Notes: a model not told the origin generated them from the letters alone. A stretch of 63,434 bases of DNA from an uncultured Eubacteriaceae bacterium (GCA_947625585.1 CANQOZ010000001.1:1-63434), one strand, 5' to 3'. Counted from the first letter of the stretch, positions 29,065-40,577 are shown. Numbers and translations are program-made.

Positions 29065-30886
29065 ATTTATTCTTCATGGCTTTGCGCCTTTTCTGCTCGT
29101 CTAAAATCTTCTTTCGAATACGGATATTATCCGGAGTAATCTCTACTAATTCATCATCTTCAATAAATTCTAAAGCTTCTTCTAGAGTAAACTTTAAAGG
29201 TTCAATTAACTTTAAAGCCTCATCTGATCCTGAAGCACGGACATTAGTCAATTTCTTATTTTTAGTAGGATTGACTGTAATATCGTCACTCTTGTTATTG
29301 ATTCCAATAATCATTCCTTCATACACATCTTCACCTGGACCAACAATCATCTTACCTCTATCTGATAAGTTATAAAGAGAGTAGGCCATTGTTGTCCCAT
29401 TAAATTGAGAGATAAGAACTCCGTTTGTTCTTCCTGCGATTTCTCCAACATATGGTCCGAATTCAAGGAAACGTCGCACAATAGTGCCTTCACCATGAGT
29501 ATCATTAATAAACTCACTCTGGTATCCTAGCAAGCCTCTAGTTGGGACTTTAAACTCAATTTTAGACCAGCCATTTTCAGAACTCATTGAAGTCATGATT
29601 CCTTTTCTTAAATTTAACTTATTAATTACAGTTCCCGAAAAATGATCAGGGACACTAGCAATAACTTCTTCAAATGGTTCTAATTTTTTGCCATTTTCGT
29701 CATATTTTAAAATAACTTCAGGTTTACTAACACCAATTTCATAACCTTCACGTCTCATATTCTCTAAAAGAATAGAGAGGTGTAGTTCACCTCTACCACT
29801 GACTTTAAATCCTTCAACATTGTCTTCAAGTTCTTCTACTCGAAGTCCAACATTAACTTCAAGTTCTTTTTCTAGACGTGCCCTTAAATGTCTTGTTGTT
29901 AAAAATTTACCTGATTTTCCAGCAAATGGTGAGGTATTAACAAGAAAGTTCATACTCAAGGTCGGTTCTTCTATATCAATCATTTCCATAGGCTGAACCT
30001 GGTCAACTTCACCGATTGTTTCCCCTATTGAGATGTCAGGAATTCCAGCAAGAACAACAATATCACCAGCTCTAGCTTCATCTACTTCAATACGACTGAG
30101 TCCTTTATAGACAAAAACCTGACTGACTTTTTCTTTCTTAATACTACCGTCACGTTTACAGACCTCTACGACTTCCCCTTTCTTAACAGAACCAGAGTAA
30201 ATTTTACCGATTCCTAAACGACCAATATAGTCGTCATAGGCTAGCGAAGATACCTGCATTACGAGTGGATCAAGATAATTCTCTCCAGACGGTTCAACAT
30301 GCTCAATGATTGTTTCGAAAAGCGGTCCTAAATCTTCACTTTCATCTTCAAGTTCCTTTTTAGCAACTCCTTTTTTGGCTACACCGTATAGGATTGGAAA
30401 GTCTAACTGTTCATCATTAGCATCAAGCTCAACAAACAAGTCAAAAACTTCGTCAACAACCTCTTCAGCACGTTCATCTTTCTTATCAATTTTATTAATA
30501 AATAGTATTGGTCTCAGTCCCTGTTCAAGAGATTTCTTTAAAACATATCTTGTTTGTGGCATTGGTCCTTCTGAAGAGTCAACCAGAAGAATAACTGTAT
30601 CAACTGTCTTTAAAATACGGTCAACTTCAGAAGAAAAGTCAGCATGACCTGGTGTATCTACTATATTTATCTTAATATCATCATGAATTATTGAGCAGTT
30701 TTTAGAGTAGATAGTAATTCCTCTTTCACGTTCTAAGTCATCAGAGTCCATGATACAATCAACAACTTCTTGATTTTCTCTGAAAACTCCACTTTGACTT
30801 AAAAAGGCATCAACTAAAGTTGATTTACCAGCATCTACGTGTGCTATAACTGCAATATTTATTATTGGTTGAACTGAATTGTCCAT
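29063..30886 (-). CDS. typA: translational GTPase TypA/BipA
   Basis: 607 aa. AIIAHVDAGKSTLVD G1 motif, DTPGHADF, and EF-G-like domains. Confidence 0.96.
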   Translation of the reverse strand: MDNSVQPIINIAVIAHVDAGKSTLVDAFLSQSGVFRENQEVVDCIMDSDDLERERGITIYSKNCSIIHDDIKINIVDTPGHADFSSEVDRILKTVDTVILLVDSSEGPMPQTRYVLKKSLEQGLRPILFINKIDKKDERAEEVVDEVFDLFVELDANDEQLDFPILYGVAKKGVAKKELEDESEDLGPLFETIIEHVEPSGENYLDPLVMQVSSLAYDDYIGRLGIGKIYSGSVKKGEVVEVCKRDGSIKKEKVSQVFVYKGLSRIEVDEARAGDIVVLAGIPDISIGETIGEVDQVQPMEMIDIEEPTLSMNFLVNTSPFAGKSGKFLTTRHLRARLEKELEVNVGLRVEELEDNVEGFKVSGRGELHLSILLENMRREGYEIGVSKPEVILKYDENGKKLEPFEEVIASVPDHFSGTVINKLNLRKGIMTSMSSENGWSKIEFKVPTRGLLGYQSEFINDTHGEGTIVRRFLEFGPYVGEIAGRTNGVLISQFNGTTMAYSLYNLSDRGKMIVGPGEDVYEGMIIGINNKSDDITVNPTKNKKLTNVRASGSDEALKLIEPLKFTLEEALEFIEDDELVEITPDNIRIRKKILDEQKRRKAMKNK

Positions 30887-30910
30887 TATTCCTCTTTAGA
30901 AACGAAAACA

Positions 30911-30944
30911 TAAAAAAAGAAGTAAACCGCAATGATTTACTTCT
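30911..30944 (-). terminator. intrinsic terminator after the 30978..31772 gene
   Basis: On the minus strand: agaagtaaa-tcattgcgg-tttacttct followed by ttttttt. Confidence 0.8.
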
Positions 30945-30977
30945 AAAAATTTTACAAATTTATCTTTAAAACTTCAA

Positions 30978-31772
30978 CTATTCATTAAACATTTTAAAGT
31001 CGGATTCTACTAAACCGTTTAATCTTAGTTGATTGTCTAATGCAGTAATTTGGGCATTTGTTTCAAAAATATCTTGTTCGATTGCTTTTCTGTAAAAGCT
31101 TTCCATAGCTTTTAAGATTGTCTTTGTTACCTGCTCTATATTAACGAGTGTTTCAACAACTTCAATCGTTTGAATTGGTTCTTTTACCAGCTTATAATAA
31201 CTGTGATAAATATCAATTATTTGGTCAATATAGGTGTTGCTAATATAGTAATCTTTTACTTTCAGTTCGAGAAGATAGTCCTCCATCTTAACTAAGTCGT
31301 TAGCAAAATCTTTATTTTGAAGAACTTCTTTAAGATTTAACAAACATTCAATTTCAAAGATAAGATCAAATTTCTTGTCTTCTTTAGGAAGAGTCTGTGT
31401 TTTTACTTTGGTTACCGTTTTTTCTTTACCAACCACTTTCTTATTGTAACTAACCATTAACAGTCCTGTTACCATGATCAAAACACCAACTTCAAACCTT
31501 AAAGCAACTGTAAGCGGAGTATAAACTCGCTTTAATCCTATTAGGAAAAATATTCCAATATAAATCATCCAATGACCAACCGCCATGAGTGAATAGGATG
31601 CTTTATGAGGTTCTTTAAATTGTTTGTAAGCTAAACTTGTGGTTACTATTAAGATAACAAAAGCAAAAATTATATCCATGAAATTAGGAACAAATCCAAC
31701 TTGAATTAACATGAATTGGGCAATAATCAGAAAAGCTAAATAGCCACTTGAGAATAACCAAAGATAAAACAT
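30978..31772 (-). CDS. 4-TM membrane protein with C-terminal helical domain (paralog family member 2)
   Basis: 264 aa with four TM helices, a KEPH loop and the tail LNGLVESDFKMFNE. Homologous by eye to 6450..7268. Confidence 0.6.
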   Translation of the reverse strand: MFYLWLFSSGYLAFLIIAQFMLIQVGFVPNFMDIIFAFVILIVTTSLAYKQFKEPHKASYSLMAVGHWMIYIGIFFLIGLKRVYTPLTVALRFEVGVLIMVTGLLMVSYNKKVVGKEKTVTKVKTQTLPKEDKKFDLIFEIECLLNLKEVLQNKDFANDLVKMEDYLLELKVKDYYISNTYIDQIIDIYHSYYKLVKEPIQTIEVVETLVNIEQVTKTILKAMESFYRKAIEQDIFETNAQITALDNQLRLNGLVESDFKMFNE

Positions 31773-32041
31773 AAAACCTCTCTTTAATAGTCTTGTATAT
31801 AATATTAAATGTTTACATTTTAAATGTATACAGGAAAAGTAAAATTATTTTAAATTTCTGTGGATAATTTCAAATTATGAGATAAAGCAATTTTAAGTTG
31901 ATCAAATTAAGAACATTATTTTTAATCAAAACGCTCATTCTGAAAAATTTTACAAAAAACAAGTTTAATTTTTCCAATCTGGTGTGTTTTTTTTAGCATA
32001 GTTGAGGTACAAATACTATTATTAACAAGAGGTAAATTGCT

Positions 32042-32932
32042 ATGAGTGATGAAAAAAATAAATTATTTTCAGAACCTATTATTACTTCGGGAGATAAATT
32101 TGACCAGGATTATACCATAGATAACAACGGTGTCGACTTTAATCCTGATGAAGAAAGTCTCTATCCAGATGAACTAGCTAATGAACCTACTTCAAATATT
32201 CAAACCCAGGAAATTCCAACCAAAAGTTTGGATGATGAAACGAAAGTGGTTCCTTCAAGTACTAGTAGTTCAGATAGTGACCATAAAACATACAATACAG
32301 GTGATATATTTCAAACAGAGCCAATAAACAACTATCAAGAAGCTCCAATTGATAAACAGAATAATTACTATACTGTTAACCAAAAACCTGCTAAAGATGA
32401 TTATGAAGACGAGCCAGAAACATCAGATACGAAATGGTGGATTATTGGTGGGATTGCTTTAATAGTCCTAATCTGTCTGGGTTGGTTTTTATTCTTTCGG
32501 GCTCCAGCACAAACACCTCCTCCAACTGAAACAAAAACTGAAGAAACAGAAACGACAGTAGAGGAAATCCCGGAAGAAGACACCGAAGATCAAAACCAGA
32601 ATAATAATTCAGGATCAAATAATTCTTATCAGGGATCTACGAATACTTCAAGACCAAGTGGAGATACTTCTAACAGTGGATCATCATCTGGAGGTTTAAC
32701 AAATTCAAACGATAATGGTGATTCTAATAATGATAGCTCTACAGGAAATGAAGAACAAGCTCCTCCAGAAGAAACAACTCCTGATAATTCAGGTGAAACT
32801 ACATCTCCTGATACTTCCGAAGATACAGGCAACAGCGGTGAAGCTGATAACAGTTCTACAACAGATACATCAACAGAACAAATAGATGGTACAACGGACC
32901 AGGATGCTCAGGATTTTACATTAAGTGAATAA
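32042..32932 (+). CDS. single-pass membrane protein with low-complexity S/T/N/D/E-rich flanks
   Basis: 296 aa with a central TM (WWIIGGIALIVLICLGWFLFF). The rest is compositionally biased. Confidence 0.5.
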   Translation: MSDEKNKLFSEPIITSGDKFDQDYTIDNNGVDFNPDEESLYPDELANEPTSNIQTQEIPTKSLDDETKVVPSSTSSSDSDHKTYNTGDIFQTEPINNYQEAPIDKQNNYYTVNQKPAKDDYEDEPETSDTKWWIIGGIALIVLICLGWFLFFRAPAQTPPPTETKTEETETTVEEIPEEDTEDQNQNNNSGSNNSYQGSTNTSRPSGDTSNSGSSSGGLTNSNDNGDSNNDSSTGNEEQAPPEETTPDNSGETTSPDTSEDTGNSGEADNSSTTDTSTEQIDGTTDQDAQDFTLSE

Positions 32933-32937
32933 AAAAT

Positions 32938-33004
32938 GAGATACCTTAAAAACTCCCCTATCCTTAACTTTAGATAAGAGAGAGAAGGTATCTCTTTAAT
33001 TTTT
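32938..33004. terminator. long imperfect hairpin, likely a bidirectional terminator
   Basis: gagatacctt ... aaggtatctc (10 bp stem, 37 nt partly self-pairing loop), flanked by an A-run and tttaattttt. Confidence 0.55.
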
Positions 33005-33826
33005 GTCTGATTTTAAGTGTTTATCTAAGAAAGCTCTAACAGTTTTTCTATTCTCCCAAGTTTCAAATTTTGGATCTACATGACCTGCATCCTCGAATAC
33101 TTGTATTTCTACTCTATCTCCAATACCACGATCCTTAGCTTGTTGTTGGAACATATAAGCTTGTTCTAATGGGACTATATAATCTTTATCACCCTGTTGA
33201 ATTAGAATTGGTGGTGTTAATTTTGAAAGATAATAAGTTGGACTAGCTTCCCTTAAGAATTGTTTTCCTAATTTCTTAAACTTTTCTCCAAAATAACTTT
33301 CAGCAAAAGCAACAGAAACACCGAACTTTATTCTATTAATAATATTTCCTTTAATAAGTTCTTGTCCATAGTTAAAATCAGTAGGGGGATACCAAACAGC
33401 AACACATTTAAAAGAAGGATTAACTCCACCCTTAATTTGAAACTTTGGATGTTGAGCTGTTAATGCCATCATAAGAGCGTAATAAGCTCCAGCAGAATTA
33501 CCCACTAATCCAATGCGATTAGTATCAATATTATATTCATCAGCATGTTTAACAAGATATTCGACTGCCATTTTACAATCAAATAATCCATCTGGATGAT
33601 GGACTTCATCTGATAGTCGATAATTTATACTCGACACTGCATATCCATGATTAACCAAGTCAATCCAAAAACGCTCCTGTCCGTCGTTTTTATCACCAAA
33701 TTGCCAACCACCTCCATGCATAAAAATAACTAGTGGATACGGGCCTTTATTTAGTGTTGGTAGATATAAGTCTAATTTTTGCGCTTCAGACTCGTTTCCA
33801 TATTCTAAATCACTGAAAACTCTCAA
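32996..33826 (-). CDS. alpha/beta hydrolase (esterase/lipase-like)
   Basis: 276 aa. HGGGW oxyanion motif, GNSAG nucleophile elbow, and a C-terminal DAGH. Confidence 0.8.
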   Translation of the reverse strand: MRVFSDLEYGNESEAQKLDLYLPTLNKGPYPLVIFMHGGGWQFGDKNDGQERFWIDLVNHGYAVSSINYRLSDEVHHPDGLFDCKMAVEYLVKHADEYNIDTNRIGLVGNSAGAYYALMMALTAQHPKFQIKGGVNPSFKCVAVWYPPTDFNYGQELIKGNIINRIKFGVSVAFAESYFGEKFKKLGKQFLREASPTYYLSKLTPPILIQQGDKDYIVPLEQAYMFQQQAKDRGIGDRVEIQVFEDAGHVDPKFETWENRKTVRAFLDKHLKSDKN

Positions 33827-33850
33827 TACTTAATCCTTTAATTTTAAGAA

Positions 33851-33880
33851 TAAAAAAAGCCGTAATCTAATATTACGACT
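33851..33880 (-). terminator. intrinsic terminator after rpsI
   Basis: On the minus strand: agtcgtaat-attag-attacggct followed by ttttttt. Confidence 0.8.
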
Positions 33881-33888
33881 AATTAATA

Positions 33889-34284
33889 TTAACGTTTTGA
33901 GAATTGTGGAGCTCTACGTGCTTTCTTTAAACCGTACTTTTTACGTTCGACCATACGTGAATCTCTAGTTAAATAACCAGCTTTTTTTAATTCAGGTCTT
34001 AAATTTTTATCGGCTTCTACTAATGCTCTAGCAATACCTAAACGAATAGCTCCAGATTGTCCGGTAAATCCACCACCGTGAACATTACAATTGACATCAA
34101 AATCACCTACAGTGTTTGTAAGTACTAATGGTTGTCTTGCTACCATTTTTAAGGTATCCAAACCACCAAAGTATTCATCTAGTGGTCTACCGTTGATCAT
34201 AAATTCACCATTGCCTGGGATTAAATAAACTCGTGCAACCGATGTTTTTCTTCTACCAGTTCCGTAATATTGTACCTTAGCCAT
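33889..34284 (-). CDS. rpsI: 30S ribosomal protein S9
   Basis: 131 aa. [12 protein letters not shown] start and RRAPQFSKR end. Confidence 0.97.
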   Translation of the reverse strand: MAKVQYYGTGRRKTSVARVYLIPGNGEFMINGRPLDEYFGGLDTLKMVARQPLVLTNTVGDFDVNCNVHGGGFTGQSGAIRLGIARALVEADKNLRPELKKAGYLTRDSRMVERKKYGLKKARRAPQFSKR

Positions 34285-34286
34285 TA

Positions 34287-34742
34287 TTATTTAGTCCCCT
34301 CCGTTGTCATATCAAGCTTAATTGGTTGTTGAGCTTCATGTGGATGATCTGGTCCACTGTAAACTTTAAGCTTGTTCATGAATTTCTGTTGTAATCTATT
34401 CTTTGGTAACATACCTTTAACAGCATGTTCGATAACTCTTTCAGGATGTGTTTTCATAACATCTTTATACGGTGTTTCTTTTAAACCACCAAGATAACCT
34501 GAGTGAGTGGTATACATTTTTTGATCGAGTTTCTTACCAGTCATTTTGACTTTGTCAGCATTAACCACTACAACAAAATCGCCACAATCAACGTGAGGAG
34601 TAAAATTAACTTTATTCTTACCTCTTAGGATATCAGCAATTTGTGTAGCTAAGCGACCTAATATTAAATCTTCAGCATCAATTAAATACCACTGACGGTC
34701 AAAGTCAGAGTCTTTTGCTGAAATTGTTTGATTTGATTTCAT
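34287..34742 (-). CDS. rplM: 50S ribosomal protein L13
   Basis: 151 aa. [15 protein letters not shown] motif. Confidence 0.97.
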   Translation of the reverse strand: MKSNQTISAKDSDFDRQWYLIDAEDLILGRLATQIADILRGKNKVNFTPHVDCGDFVVVVNADKVKMTGKKLDQKMYTTHSGYLGGLKETPYKDVMKTHPERVIEHAVKGMLPKNRLQQKFMNKLKVYSGPDHPHEAQQPIKLDMTTEGTK

Positions 34743-34818
34743 GTTTTTCCTCTATTTATATTAAATTGTCAGTGGAAAAGGTAAATTTCCTGATATCCCT
34801 TCCAAGAGGACATCCATA

Positions 34819-35619
34819 TTATTTTAATTGAAATGATTTTGGAATGTCAAGAAATCTTTGCCAAAAATCTTCAATTTCATTGAAATTATAAAAAACCTTT
34901 TCCAAAAACAGCCCTTTAGCAGGTGCTGTTATTCCAGCTAACTTTCGATTTTTTGATTTAAATATATTATCTATTCTATCCTGGCTTAATTTTCCGGCTG
35001 AATACTCAAGAATTGTACCTGTTAAAATCCTTACCATGTTATAAAGAAATCCATTACCAAAATAGTTAATAACTAAATCATTGTTATTAAATTTTGGCTT
35101 TATAAAATAGATTTCCCTTGTTGTTGTTTTAACTTTACTTCCCGTACTCATAAAGTTGTAAAAATCATGACGACCACTTAAGTAATGTGTAATATAGTCC
35201 AATCGATCTTTATCAATACTGTAAGGAAAATTCCAGGAATAATTTCTCATTATTGGATTAGCTATTTTATCTAAGTTGACATGGTAGCTATAATACTTTG
35301 CTAGAGCTGAATAACGAGCAGAAAAATTAAGATCAACTTCTTCTGAATGCAAAACTCGTATTGCATCAGGTAACTTATTATTTAGAGCGAATTTAATCCT
35401 ATCATCTGGAATTGTTGAGTTAATTAATATATTAGCTGTTTGTCCGTTTGCATGAACACCAGCATCTGTTCTTCCAGAACCTGTTAGCTTAAAAAGTTCA
35501 ATATTATTTTTTAGAATTGCGTTTCTTAATTCACTCTCAATACTATTAGCATTCTTTTGAATCTGCCATCCGGCATAATCTGTACCGTCATAAGCAATAT
35601 CTAATCTAACATTTCTCAT
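34819..35619 (-). CDS. truA: tRNA pseudouridine(38-40) synthase TruA
   Basis: 266 aa. IAYDGTDYAGWQIQ and GSGRTDAGVHA motifs. Confidence 0.95.
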   Translation of the reverse strand: MRNVRLDIAYDGTDYAGWQIQKNANSIESELRNAILKNNIELFKLTGSGRTDAGVHANGQTANILINSTIPDDRIKFALNNKLPDAIRVLHSEEVDLNFSARYSALAKYYSYHVNLDKIANPIMRNYSWNFPYSIDKDRLDYITHYLSGRHDFYNFMSTGSKVKTTTREIYFIKPKFNNNDLVINYFGNGFLYNMVRILTGTILEYSAGKLSQDRIDNIFKSKNRKLAGITAPAKGLFLEKVFYNFNEIEDFWQRFLDIPKSFQLK

Positions 35620-36434
35620 TTAAAGAAGCTAATAGGAGGAAGAAAACGTGTTCCAATTAAAACAACGGACATAACTACAATTAAAGCAATAGCTATATGA
35701 TCATTTCTTTTTAGAACCATCTGTTTCATTTTTGTTCTACCAACTCCGCCACGATAACATCTCGCTTCCATAGCTGTAGCTAATTCATCTGCTCTCCTAA
35801 AAGCAGATACAAAAAGAGGTACTAAAATCATTACCATTGCTTTAGCTCTATCAATCAAATTTCCAGTATCAAATTGTGCCCCACGTGCCTTTTGTGCTTT
35901 GATTATTTTATGAGTTTCATCCATTAAAGTTGGAATAAATCTTAAAGCTATACTCATCATCATTGAGAGCTCATGAGCATATTTTTTAACAAACGGAATA
36001 TGCCTTAAGTAGAACTCTAGTCCGTCTGTTAAATCAATAGGTGATGTAGTCAACGTTAAAAGACTAGTTCCAATTACTAAAAATACCAGACGGACAGCCA
36101 TCATGACAGCTATCTGGATACCTTGCTTTGTAATTTGCATAAAACTCCAATGCCATACAACATCACCTGGAGTCATAAACATATTTAAAGCAACTGTGAT
36201 CAAAATGATAAAGATTATTGCTTTTAAACCTTTAATAGCATATCGAAATGGTATTTTTGAAACTATTAAAAGAGTTACAAGAACAATAAAAGCTGCTAAA
36301 TACCCCCAAATATTATCAATGACGAAAAGCAAAATAATATAAACAAAGGTAAATAGTATTTTTATCCTTGGATCAAGATTATGAATAAAAGAGCTGGTTG
36401 GATAATATTGACCAATTGTCATATTTTCAAACAT
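35616..36434 (-). CDS. ecfT: ECF transporter transmembrane component EcfT
   Basis: 272 aa. LDPRIK, ARG and RR..ELA..MEARC motifs, in the conserved position after the two EcfA genes. Confidence 0.92.
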   Translation of the reverse strand: MFENMTIGQYYPTSSFIHNLDPRIKILFTFVYIILLFVIDNIWGYLAAFIVLVTLLIVSKIPFRYAIKGLKAIIFIILITVALNMFMTPGDVVWHWSFMQITKQGIQIAVMMAVRLVFLVIGTSLLTLTTSPIDLTDGLEFYLRHIPFVKKYAHELSMMMSIALRFIPTLMDETHKIIKAQKARGAQFDTGNLIDRAKAMVMILVPLFVSAFRRADELATAMEARCYRGGVGRTKMKQMVLKRNDHIAIALIVVMSVVLIGTRFLPPISFFK

Positions 36435-37290
36435 GAGACTCTCCTAATACTCGCTTTATTTCGTCACGGGCATCTTCAATTCTATAAACTTTATCGTTAA
36501 TATCAGGAAATTTTTCTTTAAGCTTCTTCATTAAATAAGTTACTTGTGGAGCTGCTAACCCAATTTGTTCTAACTCTTCAACATGGTCAAAAACATTTTC
36601 AGGTGTATCAAAGAATTTAATTTTTCCATGATCCATTACTAACAGCTTATCTGCAAGTTTTCCAGCATCATCCATATTATGAGTTACTAGTATAATTGTG
36701 TTATTTCTCTTTTTATGAAGATCTTCAATTAACTTTAAGACTTCATCTCTACCAGCCGGATCAAGTCCTGCAGTAGGTTCATCAAGAACAAGAACTTCTG
36801 GCCGCATAGCTATAACACCAGCTATTGCTACTCTTCGCATTTGTCCTCCAGATAGTTCAAATGGTGATTTGTCTTTAAATTCTTCATAATTTAGTCCAAC
36901 AGCTTCTAATGATTCTTTTACTCTTTCTTCAATTTCCTCATCAGAAATTCCCAGATTCTTTGGACCAAAGGCAACATCTTTAAAAACAGTTTCTTCAAAT
37001 AACTGTTGTTCTGGATATTGAAAAACAATACCAACTTTTAATCTTAACTTGGCTAGTTCTTCTTTTGAATTTTCAAAGATATCTTCACCATTAACATAAA
37101 CAGTTCCACTGCTTGGATTTAATAAACCATTTAAGTGTTGTATTAAAGTAGACTTACCTGAGCCGGTATGTCCAATAAGGCCGATAAATTCCCCATCTTC
37201 AATAGTGAAATTTACATTATCCAATGCCTGGTATTCAAAGGGGGAACCTTTTGCATATATATGAGATAAATCTTTTACTTCAATTGGCAT
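36427..37290 (-). CDS. ecfA2: ECF transporter ATPase EcfA2
   Basis: 287 aa ABC ATPase ([33 protein letters not shown]). Confidence 0.93.
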   Translation of the reverse strand: MPIEVKDLSHIYAKGSPFEYQALDNVNFTIEDGEFIGLIGHTGSGKSTLIQHLNGLLNPSSGTVYVNGEDIFENSKEELAKLRLKVGIVFQYPEQQLFEETVFKDVAFGPKNLGISDEEIEERVKESLEAVGLNYEEFKDKSPFELSGGQMRRVAIAGVIAMRPEVLVLDEPTAGLDPAGRDEVLKLIEDLHKKRNNTIILVTHNMDDAGKLADKLLVMDHGKIKFFDTPENVFDHVEELEQIGLAAPQVTYLMKKLKEKFPDINDKVYRIEDARDEIKRVLGESHV

Positions 37291-38129
37291 ATTGCATCAG
37301 CCGTTTCCTCTATTGATAAGAGGTCATCCGGTAAATCATAACCGGATTCTTTTAATTCATGAGCTAGACTTGTCATAACCGGCACATCTAGTCCAATTTC
37401 CTTTAACTCATCAACGTGAGAAAAAATTTCCTTCGGTTTACCTTCTAGAAGGATCTTTCCCTTATCAAGAACAATAATTCTATCTGCATCAATTAATTCA
37501 TCCATATAGTGTGTTATATGGAGAATTGTCATGTCCTTTTCCTTATTTAACTTCTTGATCGTATTGATGACTTCTTTTCTGCCATTCGGATCTAACATTG
37601 CCGTTGGTTCATCTAAGATAATGCATTCTGGTTCCATTGCTAGTATTCCAGCAATAGCAACTCTTTGCTTCTGACCACCTGATAAATTATTAGGTTCACT
37701 ACGTTTAAAATCAGACATTCCTACTGTTTCAAGACAAGCATCAACTCTTTCCCTAATCTCTTCAGGAGGAACTCCTAAATTTTCAGGTCCAAAAGCTACA
37801 TCATCTTCGACAATTGTTGCAACTAATTGATTGTCCGGATTTTGAAAGACCATCCCTGCAGTCTGTCTTATATCCCAAAGATTATTATCATCTTTGGTAT
37901 CCATTCCCTTAACTTTTATTTCACCTTCAGTTGGGATATTAATTGCATTTAACAATTTAGCTAATGTAGATTTTCCCGAACCGTTATGACCGATAATACC
38001 AACAAACTCACCTTTATTCACTTTAAAAGAAATATCATCTAAAATAGTAGGTGTTTCTTCATCAATTTCGCTTGCTGGATATTTAAATTTTAAGTTATTA
38101 ACCTCAATTATAGGTTCTTTATTGCTCAT
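37275..38129 (-). CDS. ecfA1: ECF transporter ATPase EcfA1
   Basis: 284 aa ABC ATPase ([33 protein letters not shown]). Confidence 0.93.
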   Translation of the reverse strand: MSNKEPIIEVNNLKFKYPASEIDEETPTILDDISFKVNKGEFVGIIGHNGSGKSTLAKLLNAINIPTEGEIKVKGMDTKDDNNLWDIRQTAGMVFQNPDNQLVATIVEDDVAFGPENLGVPPEEIRERVDACLETVGMSDFKRSEPNNLSGGQKQRVAIAGILAMEPECIILDEPTAMLDPNGRKEVINTIKKLNKEKDMTILHITHYMDELIDADRIIVLDKGKILLEGKPKEIFSHVDELKEIGLDVPVMTSLAHELKESGYDLPDDLLSIEETADAICQLK

Positions 38130-38130
38130 A

Positions 38131-38159
38131 TAAAAAAAAGGGACTATTGGAAAGTCCCT
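38131..38159 (-). terminator. intrinsic terminator/attenuator between rplQ and ecfA1
   Basis: On the minus strand: agggact-ttccaat-agtccct followed by tttttttt. Confidence 0.7.
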
Positions 38160-38160
38160 A

Positions 38161-38514
38161 TTATACTAATTCAATATAGGCCATTTTAGCAGAGTCACCG
38201 ACACGAGGTCCAATTTTAATAATTCTGGTATAACCTCCCTGACGATCCTCATACTTAGGTGCTATATCGCTAAAGAGTTTTTGGACTACTTCAGGTTTGG
38301 TTATATATCTACTAGCTCTTCTTCTAGCTGCTAAGTCGCCCTTTTTACCTAAAGTAATCATCTTTTCAGTTGTCCTTCTAACTTCTTTAGCACGGTCCAC
38401 TGTTGTTTTGATACGTCCATTTTCCAACAAAGAGGTTGTCATATTTCTTAACATAGCTCTTCGTTGATCAGACGGACGTCCGAGTTTTCTATATCCTTTA
38501 TTTTTAGCCGCCAT
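38161..38514 (-). CDS. rplQ: 50S ribosomal protein L17
   Basis: 117 aa. [17 protein letters not shown] motif. Confidence 0.97.
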   Translation of the reverse strand: MAAKNKGYRKLGRPSDQRRAMLRNMTTSLLENGRIKTTVDRAKEVRRTTEKMITLGKKGDLAARRRASRYITKPEVVQKLFSDIAPKYEDRQGGYTRIIKIGPRVGDSAKMAYIELV

Positions 38515-38516
38515 AT

Positions 38517-39470
38517 TTACTCGCTTTCGTTACTTTCCTTAAGGTGTAATCCAATCTCATTAAGTTTACTTTTGATTTCTAATAAGGACTTTCTTCCAAG
38601 ATTACGAACCTTGATCATATCTTCTTCTGTTTTATCAGTTAACTTAGCAACTGTATCGATGTTAGCACGACGTAAACAGTTACTGCTTCTAACCGATAAT
38701 TCAAGTTCTTCAATAGACATTTCCTGAATACGTTCTTTTTCATTACCTTCTTTTTCAACCATGACATCAACATCATCTGTTTCGTCTGTTAAGTTAATAA
38801 AGAGGGCTAGATGGTCATTCATAATTTTTCCGGCTAAGGAAGCCGCTTCTTCAGGAGTAATCGTTCCGTCAGTCCAAACTTCTAATGTTAACTTATCAAA
38901 ATCGGTGATCTTACCAACACGAGTATTTTCAACTAAAAAATTAACTTTACGTATTGGTGAAAATATTGAATCAACTAATAATGTTCCTTCTGGCATATCC
39001 GGATACTTATTCTTTTCCGAAGTTACATAGCCACGTCCCTTTTCAACACGAATATCCATATTTAATTCTGCATCATTTTCTAAGGTAGCTATATGGAGAT
39101 CCGGATTAAGAATTTCTATATCCATATCCGTTTGAATATCGCCAGCGGTCAATTCCATTGGTCCTTTGGCTTCTATTCTGAGTGTTCTAGGTTCATCCCC
39201 AGACATCTGGATAGCTAAGTTTTTTAAATTAAGAAGAATTTCAATAACATCTTCTCTAACCCCAGGAACTGTTGAAAATTCATGCATAACCCCGTCAATC
39301 TTAACGTTAGTTACTGCTATACCTGGAAGCGAAGATAACATAATTCTTCTTAATGAATTTCCCAGAGTTGTCCCAAAACCTCTTTCGAGTGGTTCAACTA
39401 CAAACTTACCATATTTATCGTCAGTAGAATGTTCAACTACATCTATAACCGGTTTTTCAAATTCCAGCAT
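38517..39470 (-). CDS. rpoA: DNA-directed RNA polymerase subunit alpha
   Basis: 317 aa. [17 protein letters not shown] and a C-terminal domain with [11 protein letters not shown]. Confidence 0.98.
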   Translation of the reverse strand: MLEFEKPVIDVVEHSTDDKYGKFVVEPLERGFGTTLGNSLRRIMLSSLPGIAVTNVKIDGVMHEFSTVPGVREDVIEILLNLKNLAIQMSGDEPRTLRIEAKGPMELTAGDIQTDMDIEILNPDLHIATLENDAELNMDIRVEKGRGYVTSEKNKYPDMPEGTLLVDSIFSPIRKVNFLVENTRVGKITDFDKLTLEVWTDGTITPEEAASLAGKIMNDHLALFINLTDETDDVDVMVEKEGNEKERIQEMSIEELELSVRSSNCLRRANIDTVAKLTDKTEEDMIKVRNLGRKSLLEIKSKLNEIGLHLKESNESE

Positions 39471-39527
39471 GCTATCCTCCAGTAATATTTGTTTTCTTTC
39501 AAAGAAACAATAATATTCTTTAGTTTA

Positions 39528-40154
39528 TTACTTAGAATATAATTCGACGATTAAGTGTTCTTTTATATCAAGATCAATATCGTCTCTCTTCGGTAAGTTT
39601 ACCACTGTACCTTTTAATAGTTCAGGATTTAGTGAAAGCCAAGGAACGATTGTTCTATCTTCAGCTCTTTCCCTTAATTCTTTGAATTTTGGAGATTTCT
39701 TACTTTTATCTTTGACTTCGATTTCGTCGCCAACACTTATTAAGTAAGAAGGTATTGTTACTTTTTTACCATTAACTTTAAAGTGACCTTGGTTAATCAA
39801 TGATCTTGCTTCTCTTCTTGAACTTGCAAGTCCTAAACGATAAACCACATTATCCAGGCGGGTTTCTAATAATCTTAGAAGATTTTCCCCTGTTATTCCC
39901 TGTTGTCTACTAGCTAATTCGTAATAGTGATGGAACTGCTTTTCCATCAATCCATAATACCTTTTAACTTTTTGTTTTTCTCTAAGCTGTATTCCATATT
40001 CAGATGGTTTTTGTCTACGTCTGCCGTGTTCACCTGGAGGTGCTGGTTTTGTAACCATAGGGCATTTTGTAGAGTAGCATTTTTCGCCTTTTAAATACAG
40101 TTTAGTTCCTTCACGACGGCAAAGTCTACAAACTGGTCCAGTATATCTTCCCAT
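39528..40154 (-). CDS. rpsD: 30S ribosomal protein S4
   Basis: 208 aa. [15 protein letters not shown] zinc-finger-type N-terminus. Confidence 0.97.
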   Translation of the reverse strand: MGRYTGPVCRLCRREGTKLYLKGEKCYSTKCPMVTKPAPPGEHGRRRQKPSEYGIQLREKQKVKRYYGLMEKQFHHYYELASRQQGITGENLLRLLETRLDNVVYRLGLASSRREARSLINQGHFKVNGKKVTIPSYLISVGDEIEVKDKSKKSPKFKELRERAEDRTIVPWLSLNPELLKGTVVNLPKRDDIDLDIKEHLIVELYSK

Positions 40155-40165
40155 AGTATTCCTTT

Positions 40166-40564
40166 CTAGACTCTTCTCCTCTTAGGAGGTCTACAACCAT
40201 TGTGTGGAATCGGTGTAACATCACGAAGTACAGTAATGTCTAAACCAGCTGCCTGTAATGCTCTAATAGCAGACTCACGTCCAGAACCAGGACCTTTAAC
40301 ATTAACTTCAACTGTTTGAAGTCCCTGATCCATAGCTAAACGTGCAGCGTGTTCTGCTGTAATTTGTGCCGCATATGGCGTACTTTTCTTAGAACCTCTA
40401 AATCCCATTTCTCCAGCACTTGCCCAACTGATTGCATTTCCTTGCATATCTGTAATAGTAACGATTGTATTGTTAAAAGAAGCCTGAATATGGGCTATTC
40501 CTCTTTCAATATTCTTTTTTACTTTTTTACGGCGATTAATTCGATTTCCTCTTCTCGGTGGCAT
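40166..40564 (-). CDS. rpsK: 30S ribosomal protein S11
   Basis: 132 aa. [17 protein letters not shown] motif. Confidence 0.97.
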   Translation of the reverse strand: MPPRRGNRINRRKKVKKNIERGIAHIQASFNNTIVTITDMQGNAISWASAGEMGFRGSKKSTPYAAQITAEHAARLAMDQGLQTVEVNVKGPGSGRESAIRALQAAGLDITVLRDVTPIPHNGCRPPKRRRV

Positions 40565-40577
40565 ATATTCTCCTTAA

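Noticed and set aside
29049-30647. Plus-strand ORFs 29049..29375 and 30306..30647 inside typA. Also 20578..20862 and 22338..22523 inside the protease gene, 32401..32832 antisense to the low-complexity gene, 36103..36342, 40349..40711, 41898..42188, 43176..43373, 56920..57108, 59358..59618 and 62536..62718.
   Set aside because: All are antisense or out-of-frame overlaps of genes with clear homology-type motifs. They have no SD and biased nonsense composition.
31806-31833. Tandem TAAATGTTTACA / TAAATGTATACA boxes upstream of paralog-family member 2 that resemble the AAACGTTTACA operator.
   Set aside because: The central CG that defines the cre/LacI core is lost in both copies, making them too degenerate to call as operators.
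38464-39513. Plus-strand ORFs 38464..38727, 38761..39030 and 39166..39513 of 87-115 aa.
   Set aside because: They are antisense to rplQ and rpoA, lack SD sequences, and have Ser/Leu/Ile-rich nonsense composition. The opposite-strand genes are unambiguous.
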